Assembly (NCBI GenBank): GCA_030141605.1
Contig: JAQGDQ010000557.1
Location: 62,001 to 126,000 of the forward strand
DNA length: 64,000 nucleotides
From: Tubiluchus corallicola
Taxonomy: Eukaryota; Animalia; Priapulida
Direction of reading: 5' to 3'
This document shows, piece after piece, positions 27,801 to 42,800 of the stretch (position 1 is the first letter of the stretch; each line of letters opens with the position of its first letter). The notes under the pieces are model-generated. The model was not told the DNA's origin. It was given only the letters and a program-made list of their open reading frames with translations, and did no database searches. Position numbers and translations under genes: made by a program.

Positions 27801-30800
27801 CTTCTAAATTTATAATTCACATTAGGATAAGTTAGTACTTACCTGACATAGATGGACCACTTGGAGGGCGGGATAGCTGTTGCCAGTCAATCGGCGGGTG
27901 CTGAAGACGTGGCGGATTTTGCATGCCCATTCCGGGTGCTGGAGGTCCATGTTCGGCATGATCAGGGTATGGTAGATGTCCTCCACTGGTTGAACCTGCC
28001 ACAAATTTCAGATACTATGATACAGAGTCTGTATTAAGTGCTGAAAGCAACATCAATATACATTACGCTCAAAATATTGGCACTGCAACTGAGTATCGTG
28101 ATTTGAATCTGAGTATCGTGAACTAAATTTGTTTTGATTTCCATCAGATTTCCAGCCTCCAATACTTTTCAAAGTTAGTGGAATGAAAATAATTTGCAAA
28201 TTTAAAATTAACTTCTAGTTGTATTACGTGTAAGAAAAATGCTATGTACATTCTCTTTCTGAAAGAAATTAGCAAAAGATACATTCCAGGTATGAGAATT
28301 ATAACTAGCAAGTTTGCATCAGGTGTCTGTGCAATCTAGGCAACTTTCGATAAAGAATAAAAAAAATTGTACTATTGGAAAGGCGAGGCACATATTTTGC
28401 TTTTAACTACCTAAATTTAATCATGAATCAAGCAGTGCATGTGCTGTGAATGTGATACAACTGCAAAGTATATAGATAAGGCCTATAACAGCCTATAATT
28501 AAGTACTAACAGAATAATACAATTCCATACATCGTCAGGTGAAATAACCAATCACAAAGTCTTAACAAAAACTAAAACGATACTTAACCAATCACAAAGT
28601 CATTAACGAAAACTAAACAGATAGGTACAATTGCTGCTTGTATTAACTAAAAAAGGTGGAACTATTTGAAAATAGTTACTATTACTTCTTTGAGAGACCA
28701 ACCAAAATCAGTTCTGTTAAGTTACCAAAAAAAATAAGCTCATCACAGAAACGCTACCGGCGAGTGTGAAAAAATTGTGCGAAAAACTCTGTGTCATCGC
28801 AAACTTCAAAAAACTTTCCAGATAAGCAAACTACTATTACGAACCGAAAACGTCAGCCTGCAATTTATCCACATCAATCTCGCTCAAGCTTATTTCATCT
28901 TTGTGAGATGCACATTTTTGTCTTTTTTGTAGCTCTCGCTTTTCCTGTTCCAGCAGATCTTCTAACAAAAGCGGCTGTTCCTGAACCAGGAGAGTACGAT
29001 CATTTCCCGACGTTGTCGGGGGAACAGGCACTCTAGGTGAGGTGCTGATCATTCCTATCACAAAGAGTGGTCCAACTTTTCAACAATTATATACAACAGT
29101 GAAAACTTACCATTGTACAGCAATTCTAGCAATTCCATAATAACAGAGTTAAGAATAACGTAATATGTAAAAAAACCATAAACAATAATGACTTGCCACT
29201 AATAAGAAATAATACTATTGAAAAAAAACTACACACTAATTTCCAACGAAGATGCGCAGTTTCTGTTAATAAGTGTAAATTTACATTGCCTACTAATACA
29301 AAAACAGACAACAGGGCACGATTTTTACAAGTGCCCATACAGCCCCACGTGCCCAGGGGGTAACAGGGCTTTACTAATAATTCAAGACATTGTTAGCCTC
29401 AATTAACAAATTTGTATATTCATAAAAACTTAAGAGATTCAATTGTAATTAAGTACACACAGCACATGCACAGCTATAACTTAAAGGCAAAGAGCCCTGT
29501 TACCACCAGAACAGCGCGAACTAATTTCAAAACCAAAAGATGCAAAACAAAACAAGAGCACAGTGGCTTTACCATGTTGCTTTGGTCCGGGATGTAACAT
29601 CTGAGGAGTGTGAGGTCGTGATGCGGGAAGCTGGCCAATGTTTTGAGGCAAAACTATACTAGGTGTTGATGGGCCACTGCCGTGTATACTGCCTTGTGCA
29701 TTGGGCTGGAGGCCTTGTTGAACAAATGATTCATTCAGATTAGGCGTGCTTGGCTGACTGCTTACAGCTGATTCAGGACCGCAAACTGTAATAAATTAAA
29801 ATGAATCTTACTGCATATTATCGCTGTGAAATCAAATTTAGCAATATTAATAAAATTTTGTAATTAATAAAACCATAGCAATAAAAAAGAAGAGACTCAC
29901 CCCCTCCCTGTGCCTTAATTCCAGCACTCTCTTCCGCACTTCCTTTTGCTTGCTGGTCTGCTCCTGTATGCTGATCCGCTGCTTGCTTTTCAACCTGCTC
30001 TTCCTGGCTAGGAAGCTTCCCAAATTGTCCCTGAAATTCTGTGTTAAAAGGCTCTATAGCATCGGATGGTTCTTTGGCATCAGTAACAGGTTTCCCAGTC
30101 TGGTCTTCCTGATCCTGATTGGGACCCTTGTGGATTTTCAGGAACTGAGACTGGAAATCTGACGAAAACGATGATGTATTAGGTGAAAGGCCAGGTTCCT
30201 GCATTTGCTTCTCATTTGTGGTTTTTAGGTCCTGAATAGTAAACAGCAAAAAGGTCATAAGAAAAGTATTTAAATACTTGATTTGAACATTATTAATCAC
30301 AAAAGTATTTTGACTTTAAAGGTAATACAATTTAAATTTCACCACTAACGATATTTGGTAAAGTCGTCATAACTTTAAATGTAATACGATCTAAATTTCG
30401 TTACCAGTGATACTTGGTAAAAAGTCATTTGTACATGTGAAAGGATAAATCACATTAAATACGAAATAGTCAGCAAACCAGCACAGCCGTCAACTGCTAA
30501 CTCCTCTACAAGACATATTTATTTACATACATAAAATACAAGGAAATATTTGACAACTTAGCTAAGTCTGTCCTGCAATTATTTTTTATTGTTAGTCAGT
30601 ACCTTACCTCATTACTTTTGTCCAATGGGGCCTTTGGGTGTAGTTTGTCAATATCTTCACTATCCTTTTCTTTAATACCGAGATCTTCATCAAGGAGTTT
30701 CTTGTGCTCATCACTTAGTGCGCTATCCAATTCAGGATCGGCATATTCCAAAATATTGAAATCCGCACCCATACCTGCAGTAGAAACCACCAAATAACTG

Positions 30801-33800
30801 TTAACAACTACTGTGCACAAGACCTTGGAAAACATATATTATAGTTACAATGATACTGCTTTGTATGTGACATTCACTCAATCGCATTCAGTTCTCAAAC
30901 TCACCAAATAGTTCATCGTCCAAGTTCTCTAGATCCTCTTCTTTATTTTGCCCCTCTCCCTTCTCACTGTCACTGGTAACTTCAGAAGAAGCTGCAACTT
31001 CCTTTATGAGTTGAGCTGTAGATGTTGGTGGAGCACCGTCTACGGTGCGTGCATCATCCTGAGTTTTTGCACGTTCAACTGACGGCGTATGAGACGATGA
31101 CGATGGCGATGAAAAAGTCATAGTTTCTTGCTCTGGTTGTTTAACACCTGTAATATCAAGGCCACATGTCCATTAATCACACAAGTTGCAGTATTCTGAT
31201 AAATGAAAATAATGTATCATTTTAGTTGCTACCAACCTTTTCAGGTTTGATTATAAGTAATCACCTGTTAAGAGTTTGCAATGCAAAATACACCCACACA
31301 AATGTTTAAAGTTATAAACAGTCTCAAATAATCATTATTATCTTCTTTCCTGGGATGTTTAAACCCTGATTTAAATCTAAATATGCATAATACTTTTCCA
31401 AACATCATTTTACCATTTTGCTACTAGTCTCGACGGGAATCTTGGTACATTTTCAAAAACTGTATAGGCATCGGCATAAAATTTCATTTGGGTGGACTAT
31501 GTGCCAAAAGTGTAGGTTTGCCACGAGACTTCGAAATGAAGTTCTAATTTGTGTTTGTCATCATATGTGCACGTGTTTTGTTTACCACGAATCTTCAAGA
31601 AGTTTTAGTTGCATTTATGCTGATAGTAAATAGTATGCTGGTGAGTTATAGATAGTAGTATTGATAGCATGACGTGTGCTCTACAAAGCTGCAATACATA
31701 ATAAATTTGCTATGTAAACCTGATACTGAAAGTAAGTTTTTTAGAAAACATCTGGCAGCGAAAAGGGTTGATAAAAAAACTTGCACTCTTAACTATTGTA
31801 AGAAATGACTCACCTGAATATGAAGATTCTTGCATCTGCTGCCTCACAAGGTTATCATACGGATCTAGCGGGTTAGCACTCGACGACGCTGGCATGCTAG
31901 GGGTGCCTGGGGTCTGGGGACTACGTGGATCCGCTCCCTAGAACAATTATAAGAACTGATGAACATTCCTGCCAGACCAAACAGTATCAGTAGGGGCCCT
32001 CTCATGGCTTAAAAAATAGAAGAAATTCACCTTTGAAAAGTTACTCACATTATCATAGTTTAATCACATTACCTTTTGCTGTTGCATATCTGGATATGGC
32101 GGGGCTGCCCCACGCAGAATTTGCTGGCCATAAAAAGGTGGCGGTCTCTGTTGATTTGGAGAGAAATGCGAGCGATGGGCACCATACTGCTGCATACGCG
32201 GCGGCCACTGTCCACGAACTGATCCACTACCTGGAGAAAAACCCATCCTCATTCCTTCCATTCCTGAAACAAAAATAGGAAATAAAAAGCCTAGTATATT
32301 TAAGAAATTGAACTGATGCTACTGATTAATTTTGAGCTTGCGCATATAAAACACCTTAACGGAACATACCCGGTCTAGGCCAAGGTGGTCTTTGTCCCAT
32401 GCGCAACTGAAAATTAGCTTGTTGCTGTTGCTGCTCAGAAGAATATGACTCCATATTAATATCTGAACTCCATGAAGACGGTCCTGGTTTAATTTTCTCC
32501 TGCTCTACAGCTTTTTTCTTTTGCCTTTCCTATAAGGAAAAAATATAAAAATTAAGCTGATTCATTGAATAATTCATTAAAGACTAATTTCTTTAAAACT
32601 GGTTTAAACTTAAATGAGAAAAGTAGAGAGAATAAAGAAATAAAGACAGAAGTATAAACCTACTTGTGACTGCTTAGCAAGCAGGTCTCGTAACTGTTGC
32701 TTAGCAACGGAGTCTTGACCATAACCATGTGCATGCGGCTGAGAAGTTCCAGGCATGAATCCCTCTGGTGAATGTCCTGGTGTGGTTGGCATCTGCAGAT
32801 ACGGATCGGGACTGGGGGTCCCAGGTAGAGGTCCATATGGACTCTGCGGACAAGGAGGAGAAAAAGGCATCCTAGGTGGCATTGGTTTGGCAAATGCATC
32901 GGATCTCTGAGGATAAGGTTCCGACATCTGACGCATGAGATGCGGTGGTCGACTAGGATGGGGTGCACCCGACGGTTGACCATACATATCCGGAACTGGC
33001 AATCTAGGAGAAAATGGATCACCCCGTTGCCCATACCGATCCGAAAATGACCGTCCCATAGGCCTAGGTTTGCAATAAGGATCCGGCGTCGATGGAGGCG
33101 AAAACGTGTCCAGTGGATGTTTCAGTGGTGGAGGAGGAGCAGGTTTTAGAAATGGATCCATACTAGGAGGATGTATAACAGGTGATCCTAGTCTATGACT
33201 ATGCTCAAAGTCCATCGAGTGTCCAAAGTGGTCAGGTCCATAAACAGGATGCTGTTGATACATCCCAGTTTGGCTCAAAGACCTCACGCCTGCTGTTCTT
33301 TGACCATACGACTGCGCAAATCCTTCCCTGGGCCTATTCGTTCCAGGCTGCGGTGCATAGAGAGAATCTGATGGATGCATCATCATTCCCCGCATCACTG
33401 GAGGACTCGGCTGAGCAAATGTTCCATCACGTTTGTTATCTAATCTATTAGAATTAACGGGCCTTGCATAGGGGTCAGGCAATGCCGTTGGCGATGCTTG
33501 TGGTCGCTGGGTCACTTGCGACTGATTGTTCTGACTGTATGTGTCAACAACCAACTTGGCGAATTCACTGTTATATGAAGTCTGTGGAGAGCCCAGTGAG
33601 TTTGCTGCTCCGTGTCCGTCCTGTATAGATGCACTAAGCGGTCGCGGAGTATGTGGCGACTGCACCAAAGACTCAGAAGGCTCACTTCGTGGAGTTTTCG
33701 GCTGCTGAGAAAATGCATCCGCTGCACTCAACCCGATCTGGTCCCTTGAACGTGGACTATACGACGGTGCCTGAAAGGGTGAACTGGAGCTTCTTGGTTG

Positions 33801-36800
33801 ATGAGAAGTAAATGTTTCAGCATGGGAATATTCGGGCGTGGGAAATCTAGCTGATGAAGAAGTTGTTGGTACATCTAAATGGGTCAATTTATGTCCAGGC
33901 AGCGGCTCAGTGGTATCTGAATTAAAAGTGAATAATAACTAGATCAAGGCACTGTAGACTCTAAGAAATTTTTTTATACTCGTAACTGTCTTTACTGCCA
34001 AATGTGTTGTTCACAACTGCTATAAGTTTATGTACACTTATTGCATAAAACAATATATCGACAGTATCTTTTTATCATACTTTAATAGACTTCAGATGCT
34101 TCTGGCATTTGCCATTTTAAAAATAAATTTAAATGTAATCACATAAACGTAGCAGGTTAAATGTAATACAGTTCAACCACACACTTCAAATTATGTTATA
34201 ACATTGAACAACAAATCAATGTGATAAAAATAAACTCAAAAATATTTGTTACTAGCCATCACCAAACATGTCTACGTCCATTTAACAAATAAAATCTTAA
34301 AATACACATGAAATCAGTAAAATCCAATTCAGACTGCATAAAAGTCTATGTACCTTGACTGCCCTGAGTATCCATTAAACTATCTTGAGACACATCCGGA
34401 GTTTCTGACGTCGGAGTGTGCATGGTACCTCTGTCAACATCTTCATGATATTTTTGAGCAAATGCCATTGCTGAAAATATGTGCATGCATAAGCTTTTTT
34501 AGTCACCATCAAATCAGAAAAATTTAACTAACAAAATATACATCAATATACTACAATTAGTAAAACAACATTTCCAAAGTAATAATTACAGTTAGCTCGT
34601 TGCATGTCCAACGTCTGTTGCTGATGCTGTTGCGCTCGCTGCTGCTGTAGCATCTTCCACTGCCTTTCCTGCTCCTGTTCCTTGCTGCTCTTCTCTTTGA
34701 GGTGGTCAGGAGTTTTACTACCCAAAAGACCTCTTACTGGACTACCAGGCAGAGGCTGTTGCAGAGGCTGTTGCAGTGGTTTCGGAGAACTTGATAACTG
34801 ACGCCGTAAGCCATCACCAGGAAGCTAAAAAATATGGAAAAATGATTTTTGTTACTGTATGATACAGTGCACAATGGCTCATTATTTTCTCTGATAGCAA
34901 CAAGTCCTACATTGATATATGTACTTACAATATAAACAAATTTGCCAGCATAAACACAGTTCATAAAAGATAATCATTCTTGGCATTAGAAAAAGTAGTG
35001 GCTTATAAGGGAAATTACCTTCTGTGTTTTTTGAATCCTACTAGCTGCCCTGTTTTCACGTGCTTTTGCCAAATAAGGGGCTTTCTGTTCAGTACTCAAC
35101 TTTCTCCACAGTTTTGCAATCTGCTTCGCTCTTTCGGTCCAGTCTACACAAAAAAATTTCATGTGATTTAGATTGACAAGATCATGTAGATTGTCACATA
35201 TTAAATGTATACAACCTCTTGGGTGTGCCACTAGCATCAGAGTATCACGTGTATTTCACATATTTACAAAGCAATACACAATGCATGTTTTGTGTGCATT
35301 GATACCTTGTAGTACTTCTACTTCGTTCATCAAAGCGAGAAAGGGCTGAAAATACTAAAATCATGCTTTTACACTACAAATTTTTTTAAGATCGACTAAG
35401 ATCGACTGCTTGCCCTCAAATACGTCACTTCTTCACATCTTAGTACATTTTTTCACATACTGAAAAAACAGCAACAAAACTTTAGTATCAATGCTCCACC
35501 AACTCCTTTCACTCCAACAGTGCGAGACATTTTTACTGCACCATTACACATTACATTAGTTATTCAGCTTAATGTTAGTGCAAAAACACATTCATGTTGG
35601 CAACTCAAATTTTAATAAAGGATTCTACTGTAATGGAAGTGAAACAATGCACAACTCTTACCTGGATATTCATTTTTCAACTCGGGATGCATCATGTTAG
35701 CATACAAAACAGGAGAAATGGTTGACATCACCCCGTTTTCTTCATCCTTCTCCCACTTCATTACGTTGCGCTGGTTGTAGGACATGGTTTCACCCTGGGA
35801 ATCTGGTGGTTCCCCCACCCATGGGGAAGGAGGCTCGGAATACTGGCCACCGCGAAATTGACTGCAATAAAAACCAAGAAACTATCATTATAAAATGAGT
35901 GACAGACAATGAGATAGTTGCAAAACAACAAGCAAACAAATGTCACTAATACTGAAAGCCATGAATAGAAATTAGTTTCTAAAATTTCACAGTAACTTTA
36001 GAGGTCAAAGTTCACTTTACTGCAAAAATGCTGTACACACCTTCAAAATAGAAAGAAACAGCAAAACTGATTATGATTGGTAAGCTACATAAGTTTAGTA
36101 TATGGCCTTTCTTTTGGTGGCATCATGCAAGTACAAAAAGTCCTAAATGCTACCAGTTTGTTGTTTGTATCAAGTGAGATCTGGGAGCAAACCGTATGCA
36201 AGGAATTTTGCTTGCAACCTGTTGCTATAGTAACCAGACTAGATAAAATTCCCCAAGGTCGGCCAGCACTAGGCTTTGACTCTGCTCCAGCGACAACCGT
36301 GTTTATTGTTTAACCGCTGCCTACTCTTGTATATTAACGAAAGAGAAAGTGCTAGCTAGGTAAGTAAGATATATATTTGTGGTTTCAAGCAAACAGAGAG
36401 AAATTAATCAGTAGAAACGTGAGTAAAACTAATAAAATATTTTATTTATATGATTCAAGCAGCATTGATTTATGCCGCTGGAACGTATCTCAGCTCCTTT
36501 ACATTACTGCCTATGGAAGTCTTGGCTTCGTTTAACTACGTTTAGCTAATGTCACATTTTGCAGGAACACATTAGCACCATTAAGCGAGGACTTGCATAT
36601 TGTTTACCTTACAAAAAGGCAGGAAACATACATGGACTTTTGCTGGTAAGTTGCTAAAATGAGACTATGACCAATTTTTAAAATAAGTAATTTAAAATAA
36701 GTTATATAAACATTTGTACAAAAACCTTTCAAAAACCAAACAAATTAGTAAAACAAAACACCTATTTCTAATAAATCAGAATTTACAAATAATAATTTAC

Positions 36801-39800
36801 TGCAACCATAGCCAGTAGAAGTAACTACATCCCTCTATTGAACCAAATTTTAGTTTTTATTATAACACTATTAAATACATTCCTGTACTATGGCAGGATT
36901 CGAGTTTTGAGTATAACTATGATCAACATACCTTGCAAAACTGCCGCTACCGAATGGAGACTGGGAAGGCACCTCAAACTGATGCTGCATAATCTGCTGT
37001 GGACGGGCCAGGTTGGGCATGCCAGTTGTTCCAGGATAGCTAGGAGGCGGGCCCAAATGAGGATGGTGTTGTCCGGGGTGCAAGCCGGGACCGGACACCA
37101 TACCGGGCATGCTCATACCTGATACACTGTTACTACCCATGCCAAATCCACCTGTACAATCATAGTACAAACACAAGAAATTAACAACAGTTTACAATTT
37201 CACAAGCCAAAAGTGAACTACTCAGCTAGTAGTATTAAAACAGAATCTGTCATCAATGTAAAACTGTTCTGGTTTGAAATGCATAAAATGAACCATGTCA
37301 ATCAATAAAATTTCCAATTTACAACAAAACTTCTTGGGTTTTAGCCACTTCATGCAGGCAGTAGACATTAAAAATAATTCTACGAAAAATGAAACATCTT
37401 TAAAGGGTAACTTACCAACATTAGGATTTGACAGCAAAGGTTCGGTTGGACTTAGAACACCCTTGAATAGATCCTCCACTTCTTTTCCATCCATATGAGG
37501 TAAACCTTAACACAAAATTTATTTTATTTTACTTAATTTACATTTCGTTAATGCTGAAACAGCAGTTTCATGTAGGTGCCACAAGCACTGCACAAACTAT
37601 ATGATCTTTTAACACTGCTTTAAATTCATAATAGTATAACTAGAAGATCAAGTTTCGTTTAAAATACACTAAGCAAAACTGAAATCATTTATCTATATTT
37701 GCACAGTGTTGCCAAATTGTACAAGAAGAAGTAGAGAACTTTACAAAATTACAATACTACAGTCGCTACAAAGACTGTAAGTTCTATGCAGTATGCAAAT
37801 AATCAATAAGCAGTTCCGCATAGAGGCATCAATAAAAGTTGTGATAACTAGCAAATAAATTAAAGTTAAACAAATATTTGTAAAAGTAAAATTTTCGCCG
37901 ACAGAAAATTATGAAAGCAGGTCGATTTTGCAAAGGGTATGTTTCACCAAGCTAGGTAGAAATCAATCGAACACCTTTTGCACCAACTGTGCTCAATTTC
38001 ACAAAAGCAAAAATTGCTTAAAATTTGCATCTAAATGCAAAGCGATTTTTTACGCTTGAAAAATCTAAACCATCAACAAACTGTTGTCAATTGAGGCCGA
38101 AAGCTGGATATGGTTAAGAAATAAAACCAAAACTGCCTTGAATATGCTTCTTTTCTGATTTGGATAACCATGTACAATCAATGTAAATAGTATTAAGTTG
38201 CTCTTAAATTATTCAAGAACATTTCAGATTCAAGTTGCAAATCAATTGATAAACTACAAAAAGTCTTATGTACTTATAATGTGATATAAGTTTGGTGTAT
38301 GTGTGGTGCAAAAATGTTCTTCAGCTTCTGCTGTATCTGATCACTGTGATACCAGTTACATAATGAGACATAGCAACGAAATGCTTTCCAGTCTAAATTC
38401 AACAGACATAACATTCGAAGAGAATAATGACTGGAATAGTAGAAGCATAAACATCTACATTTATTAAGCAATTACAAGAAAAATCCTTAGAAGAGATCTA
38501 TTACCAAGTATAATGATAAGCCAGACTTTCAACTTATTGCCATGCCAGTTTTTTGTTGACATTTAGTTAACCATATCAACTAACAGGTGGCATCGTTTTA
38601 TCTGAATGGATTAATAGCGCAGTTGTCTCATTTCCAAACTCCATAACCAAAGCAAAAGAGAATGAAGAAGTAACAGAAGTACCTCAGAAAACAGACATCA
38701 GGAACTAGAAATCACGCAACCGTCACTAAAACATTTTTACTACAAATAAATTACTAGCTAAGGCCGAAACGACATGCTACACTAAACACACAGCGGCCTA
38801 CCCTCTCCATCCCCCAACAGGTGAAAAGAACCAGGATTCAGTATGGCCTCGAAACCGGCTTCAGTGTATTTATCTTTGCCCCCAGCTGTTTGGCCTATCA
38901 CCCCACCACCCTCGGATGTGTCTATGTCTGACAACCCTTTAAAAAATAATATAGATGCCTTGCAAAATTTGAAGCTAATATCATTTATTAGTAGTAAGTA
39001 GCAAGTAAGAAACATCTCTGCTTACCATAATATATTGAGAATCTTAACAAAATATTAAGATGCTCAATCAATGACAGTTAAAAAACATACACTGTTGGAG
39101 GCAAATGCGGCAGTGCAAAAACTAAACTACAGGTGCAAACAATAATAAAATATAATTTAAACTTAAACTTTACATATTTTACATATTTACAAACTGACTA
39201 TCAGTAAAATTAAGTCGTTTAATATGGCCTGGAGTAAATGAATTCTGCATTAGTATGCAAGTAGTCATGTTGGTAAGTTGGATATCCAAATCTTGACACC
39301 ATTAATGCTTGTCTTGGTTTTGAATGCAGTTAATGATTTAATACGTTTGATTTCGACTGGCAGTGAATTTCCAGAGATGGACGACGCTTTTTTTGCTATT
39401 GAAATGTTTCCAAAGTGATTGTTTGTTCTAGTTTGTTTCAAATTAAATGTTCTGGCATAGAACAAACAATCTCCTTGGAAACAATTCAACGGCAAAAACG
39501 CCGTTATAGCTCTGAAATTCACTGAAAAGTCGAAATCGAACACATTAAATCATTAACCGCATTCAAAACTGAGTCAAGAAATAGTGCTTTTGTAAGTAGA
39601 CAGCACAAACTCTACAAAAAAATCGCAGTGTTCCGACAATATAACACTGTTTGAAATGAGACTAGTACTCTCGCCAAGATTGTAGCTTTTTCAAGGTCTA
39701 TGTCTCACTAGTCAGTCTAGGCAAGAATCGAGACAACTGCGGTAACAATTTTAACATTATTATTATTATTATTATTAAAATTATTAAGTAGAGTCTATAA

Positions 39801-42800
39801 AAACTAATTTTATACTTGACAATTTCAAACTTGATACAATTGATAATAATGTACGAGTACGCATGGACACTGGACAATGCTGTAGAGGATTCCATAAATC
39901 ACTAATCTTGTGTTTGCTGCTGCTTGCTTTCCAAAAGACCAACTGAAGACTGCACAGTTGTGTACGTCATTGACACCGATGTAATATTGTAAAAAACCAA
40001 ATCACATAATGAATTTGCATGCTGTAGGCTTTATGTTGTAGAATTGCCTAGACTGTAATATTGTTCATGGCTGAGGACACCTTGTACGCGTCAGTCATAG
40101 TTTCGTATCATATAGACAGTTGGATGTGTGCTGGTGGCAATATTATATGTGTCAGTGAATTCGGTGTCAAAGAAATACTATAAGTACATAGTTTCCTATT
40201 TTTCAGGCCCAAGTTTCCTATTTTTTTACTCCCTTATATTTATTTACTACAATGAATAAAAAAAGGCAAAGTGGTGTTTTGAGACCATTATGTAAAAACA
40301 GATACAGTAGGATCGTTTATTAAACTCATGGTTAATAGATTCAGTCGCTTAATTGACTCAAAAACACCTGGCCACTCCTATTCAAATGTATACAAAAACT
40401 ATCGGTAATTGATTCCCATAACTCCACATAACTGACTCATTATTTTTCCTTCACATACTTAAAATAAGACACTTGTGTGTGCCCAAAGATATAATTATAT
40501 GTTGAAACAGCCACATTAAGTAAGTCTTTGTTTGTAAGCAAGTACAGTACGTTTATCCTATGCGCTAATATGTTATCATAGAAGTTATGCTTTGAATCTG
40601 TCACCCGCTTATCCGCTGCAATTGACCTCATTGTTTCTGGAAACTAAACATTTAATTACTTGCCCAGCGATTTGCCTTTGAAGCTCCTGCTGCTTTTCAC
40701 AAGGAAATCACCAACTGCATCTCAAGCACTAGGCATTTTGCATGAATGTGCAGCACACAGTAACAGATTTTCAATGTTTTAATCACTATGAGAATTTTGC
40801 AAATCAACTTCTTCGTGAAGAAATGAAATAATCGACCTTGCATGATTTTTTTTTTAAATTTTTGATTCTAATAATCAGATTTTTTTCTTTTTATTAATTT
40901 GCTTATATAAATTATGCTTCTTAAATAATTGCACATAGGTATTTTTGACATTAATTCATTTCTAAAATTCATTTAAAGTATTTGCAAGGCATACTAGGGT
41001 GATGAGTGATGACTCATACTTGTATAGGAGCAATATACTAAACCCTTCAGCTAATTGAATCAGTCAATTAATTGGGTCAAAACACTTCCGTCCCGAAGTG
41101 AGTCTAATTAAGCGGTGCCTACTGTAGTGACAAAGTGAAGCTAACCACCAGTTGAGAAGCAAGCGAACGCTCTTAGTGAAAGAGCAGCTTTGATTTGCAA
41201 CAAAATTTCAAGCTAGAATGTCAGAATAGCTCATTGATACTTTGGGGTTATCAAAATTTAATAATTGTAACTGTCAAATTATTGAACGGTTTGTACCTGT
41301 GACTAATACGTACTACTTGACCAATCAAACTGACAAATTGATTAATTTACTCTAAATTTCAAAGCACTATTAATAGACTTCATTCTGCCTGATATACTGC
41401 TGTTATAACATGTTCTGAGTTATTGTTAGACCAGTTTGTGCAAATCAGTCTGGGTGTTAACCAGCTGCTTTTCAGCTAGTGGGGTCACGATCTCGATCTC
41501 ATAATTTTCAAGATATATCAACATCTTATTATCATGCGTATCCCTCTCAGATGAGACACTGAACCAGCAGATGTGTCTCATCCATGTTCAAACATCCTCC
41601 CTCAAGAAGACAAAAAACCAGAATCTGTATGACAAAAGAATATGCCCAGAGCCAGTACGACCCTGTCCATACGACCATGAACCCCACCACACATACAATT
41701 TACTGCTGCTGTGAACTAGATGTTTTATTTGCTCTTCCTTACCTTAAACACTTGCTTACATAAACCAGCTACAAATTGACTGGAACAAGCGCAACACACA
41801 ATCATAAATTAAGTTATTAGGAGCTTATTTTTCAGCATATTCTTATAAATTTGTTGTACTAACCTGGCGGATTCTCATCCATTAAAATGCCCAGAAGCTC
41901 GTCATCATGTGGAATGTCACTTGGCAATATGTCTTTCAGTTCTTCTTGATCGGTGAGTTCCATTGTACCATCCAAACCATGATCTGCTAGAAAAAAACTC
42001 TACTTAGAGAAATGTTTATCTCATTATACAATCATTAAACACGGCATCATAATGGAGATGCAGAGAGTAAAGGTTGGTCAGTCATATCAGTGTAGTAAAT
42101 CCTCACTTAGTGATGCTAAGGCATTCGAAAAAAACACGACGTTAAGTTAAACATCGTTAAACAAAGCCAAGATTTCCATAGAAAGTAATGTAAAAGAAAA
42201 CAGAGATTCCAGAGGCAAATCTGCTTAAATCATATAAACTAAATGTTTTATGAGTTTCGTTCATATTTCTACTAGTTAATTTCTTTCTGCTTGCTTGAAA
42301 ACCATCTTGCTAAAACCACCTATACATCTTACTTACCATTACCTAGCTATAACGGTTTATCTTGCTTTAACGTTTAACCCTAGGGAGCAGTTAAACATTA
42401 TAAATACTACAGAGTCAAAACCAAACCCTAGTCGGCCTTAAGAATTTTATCTACATATTTAGTCTGCTTGCTGTAGCAACAGGTTGTACGCATAAAGTTT
42501 GCTCCAAGGTTTGCTCACTTGATATAAAAAGCTGGCATTTAGTAGCCAGTCAGGAAGCAAAAACGTATATAATAATGACACTGTTTACATTACTAGTGCA
42601 TTTTTATAACAGACTATTGCAATATGTGCTGTTTTAATACATCAAATCAGGCAAAAATGTTGTTGGTAAAATAAAAATTTGTCTTGAGCAAAGTAAAAAA
42701 ATCATTGTTAAACTGAAACGTGCGTCTTCAAGCGAAAAAAGGTGTCAGAAAGTCAGCGTCGTTAAAATGAAATGTCCCTAAATTGGGAGTCGTTAAGCGA

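Noticed and set aside
41470-41620. SINE core (Deu/Nin-like) similarity
   Set aside because: The resemblance is short and from memory; no clear promoter boxes or tail.
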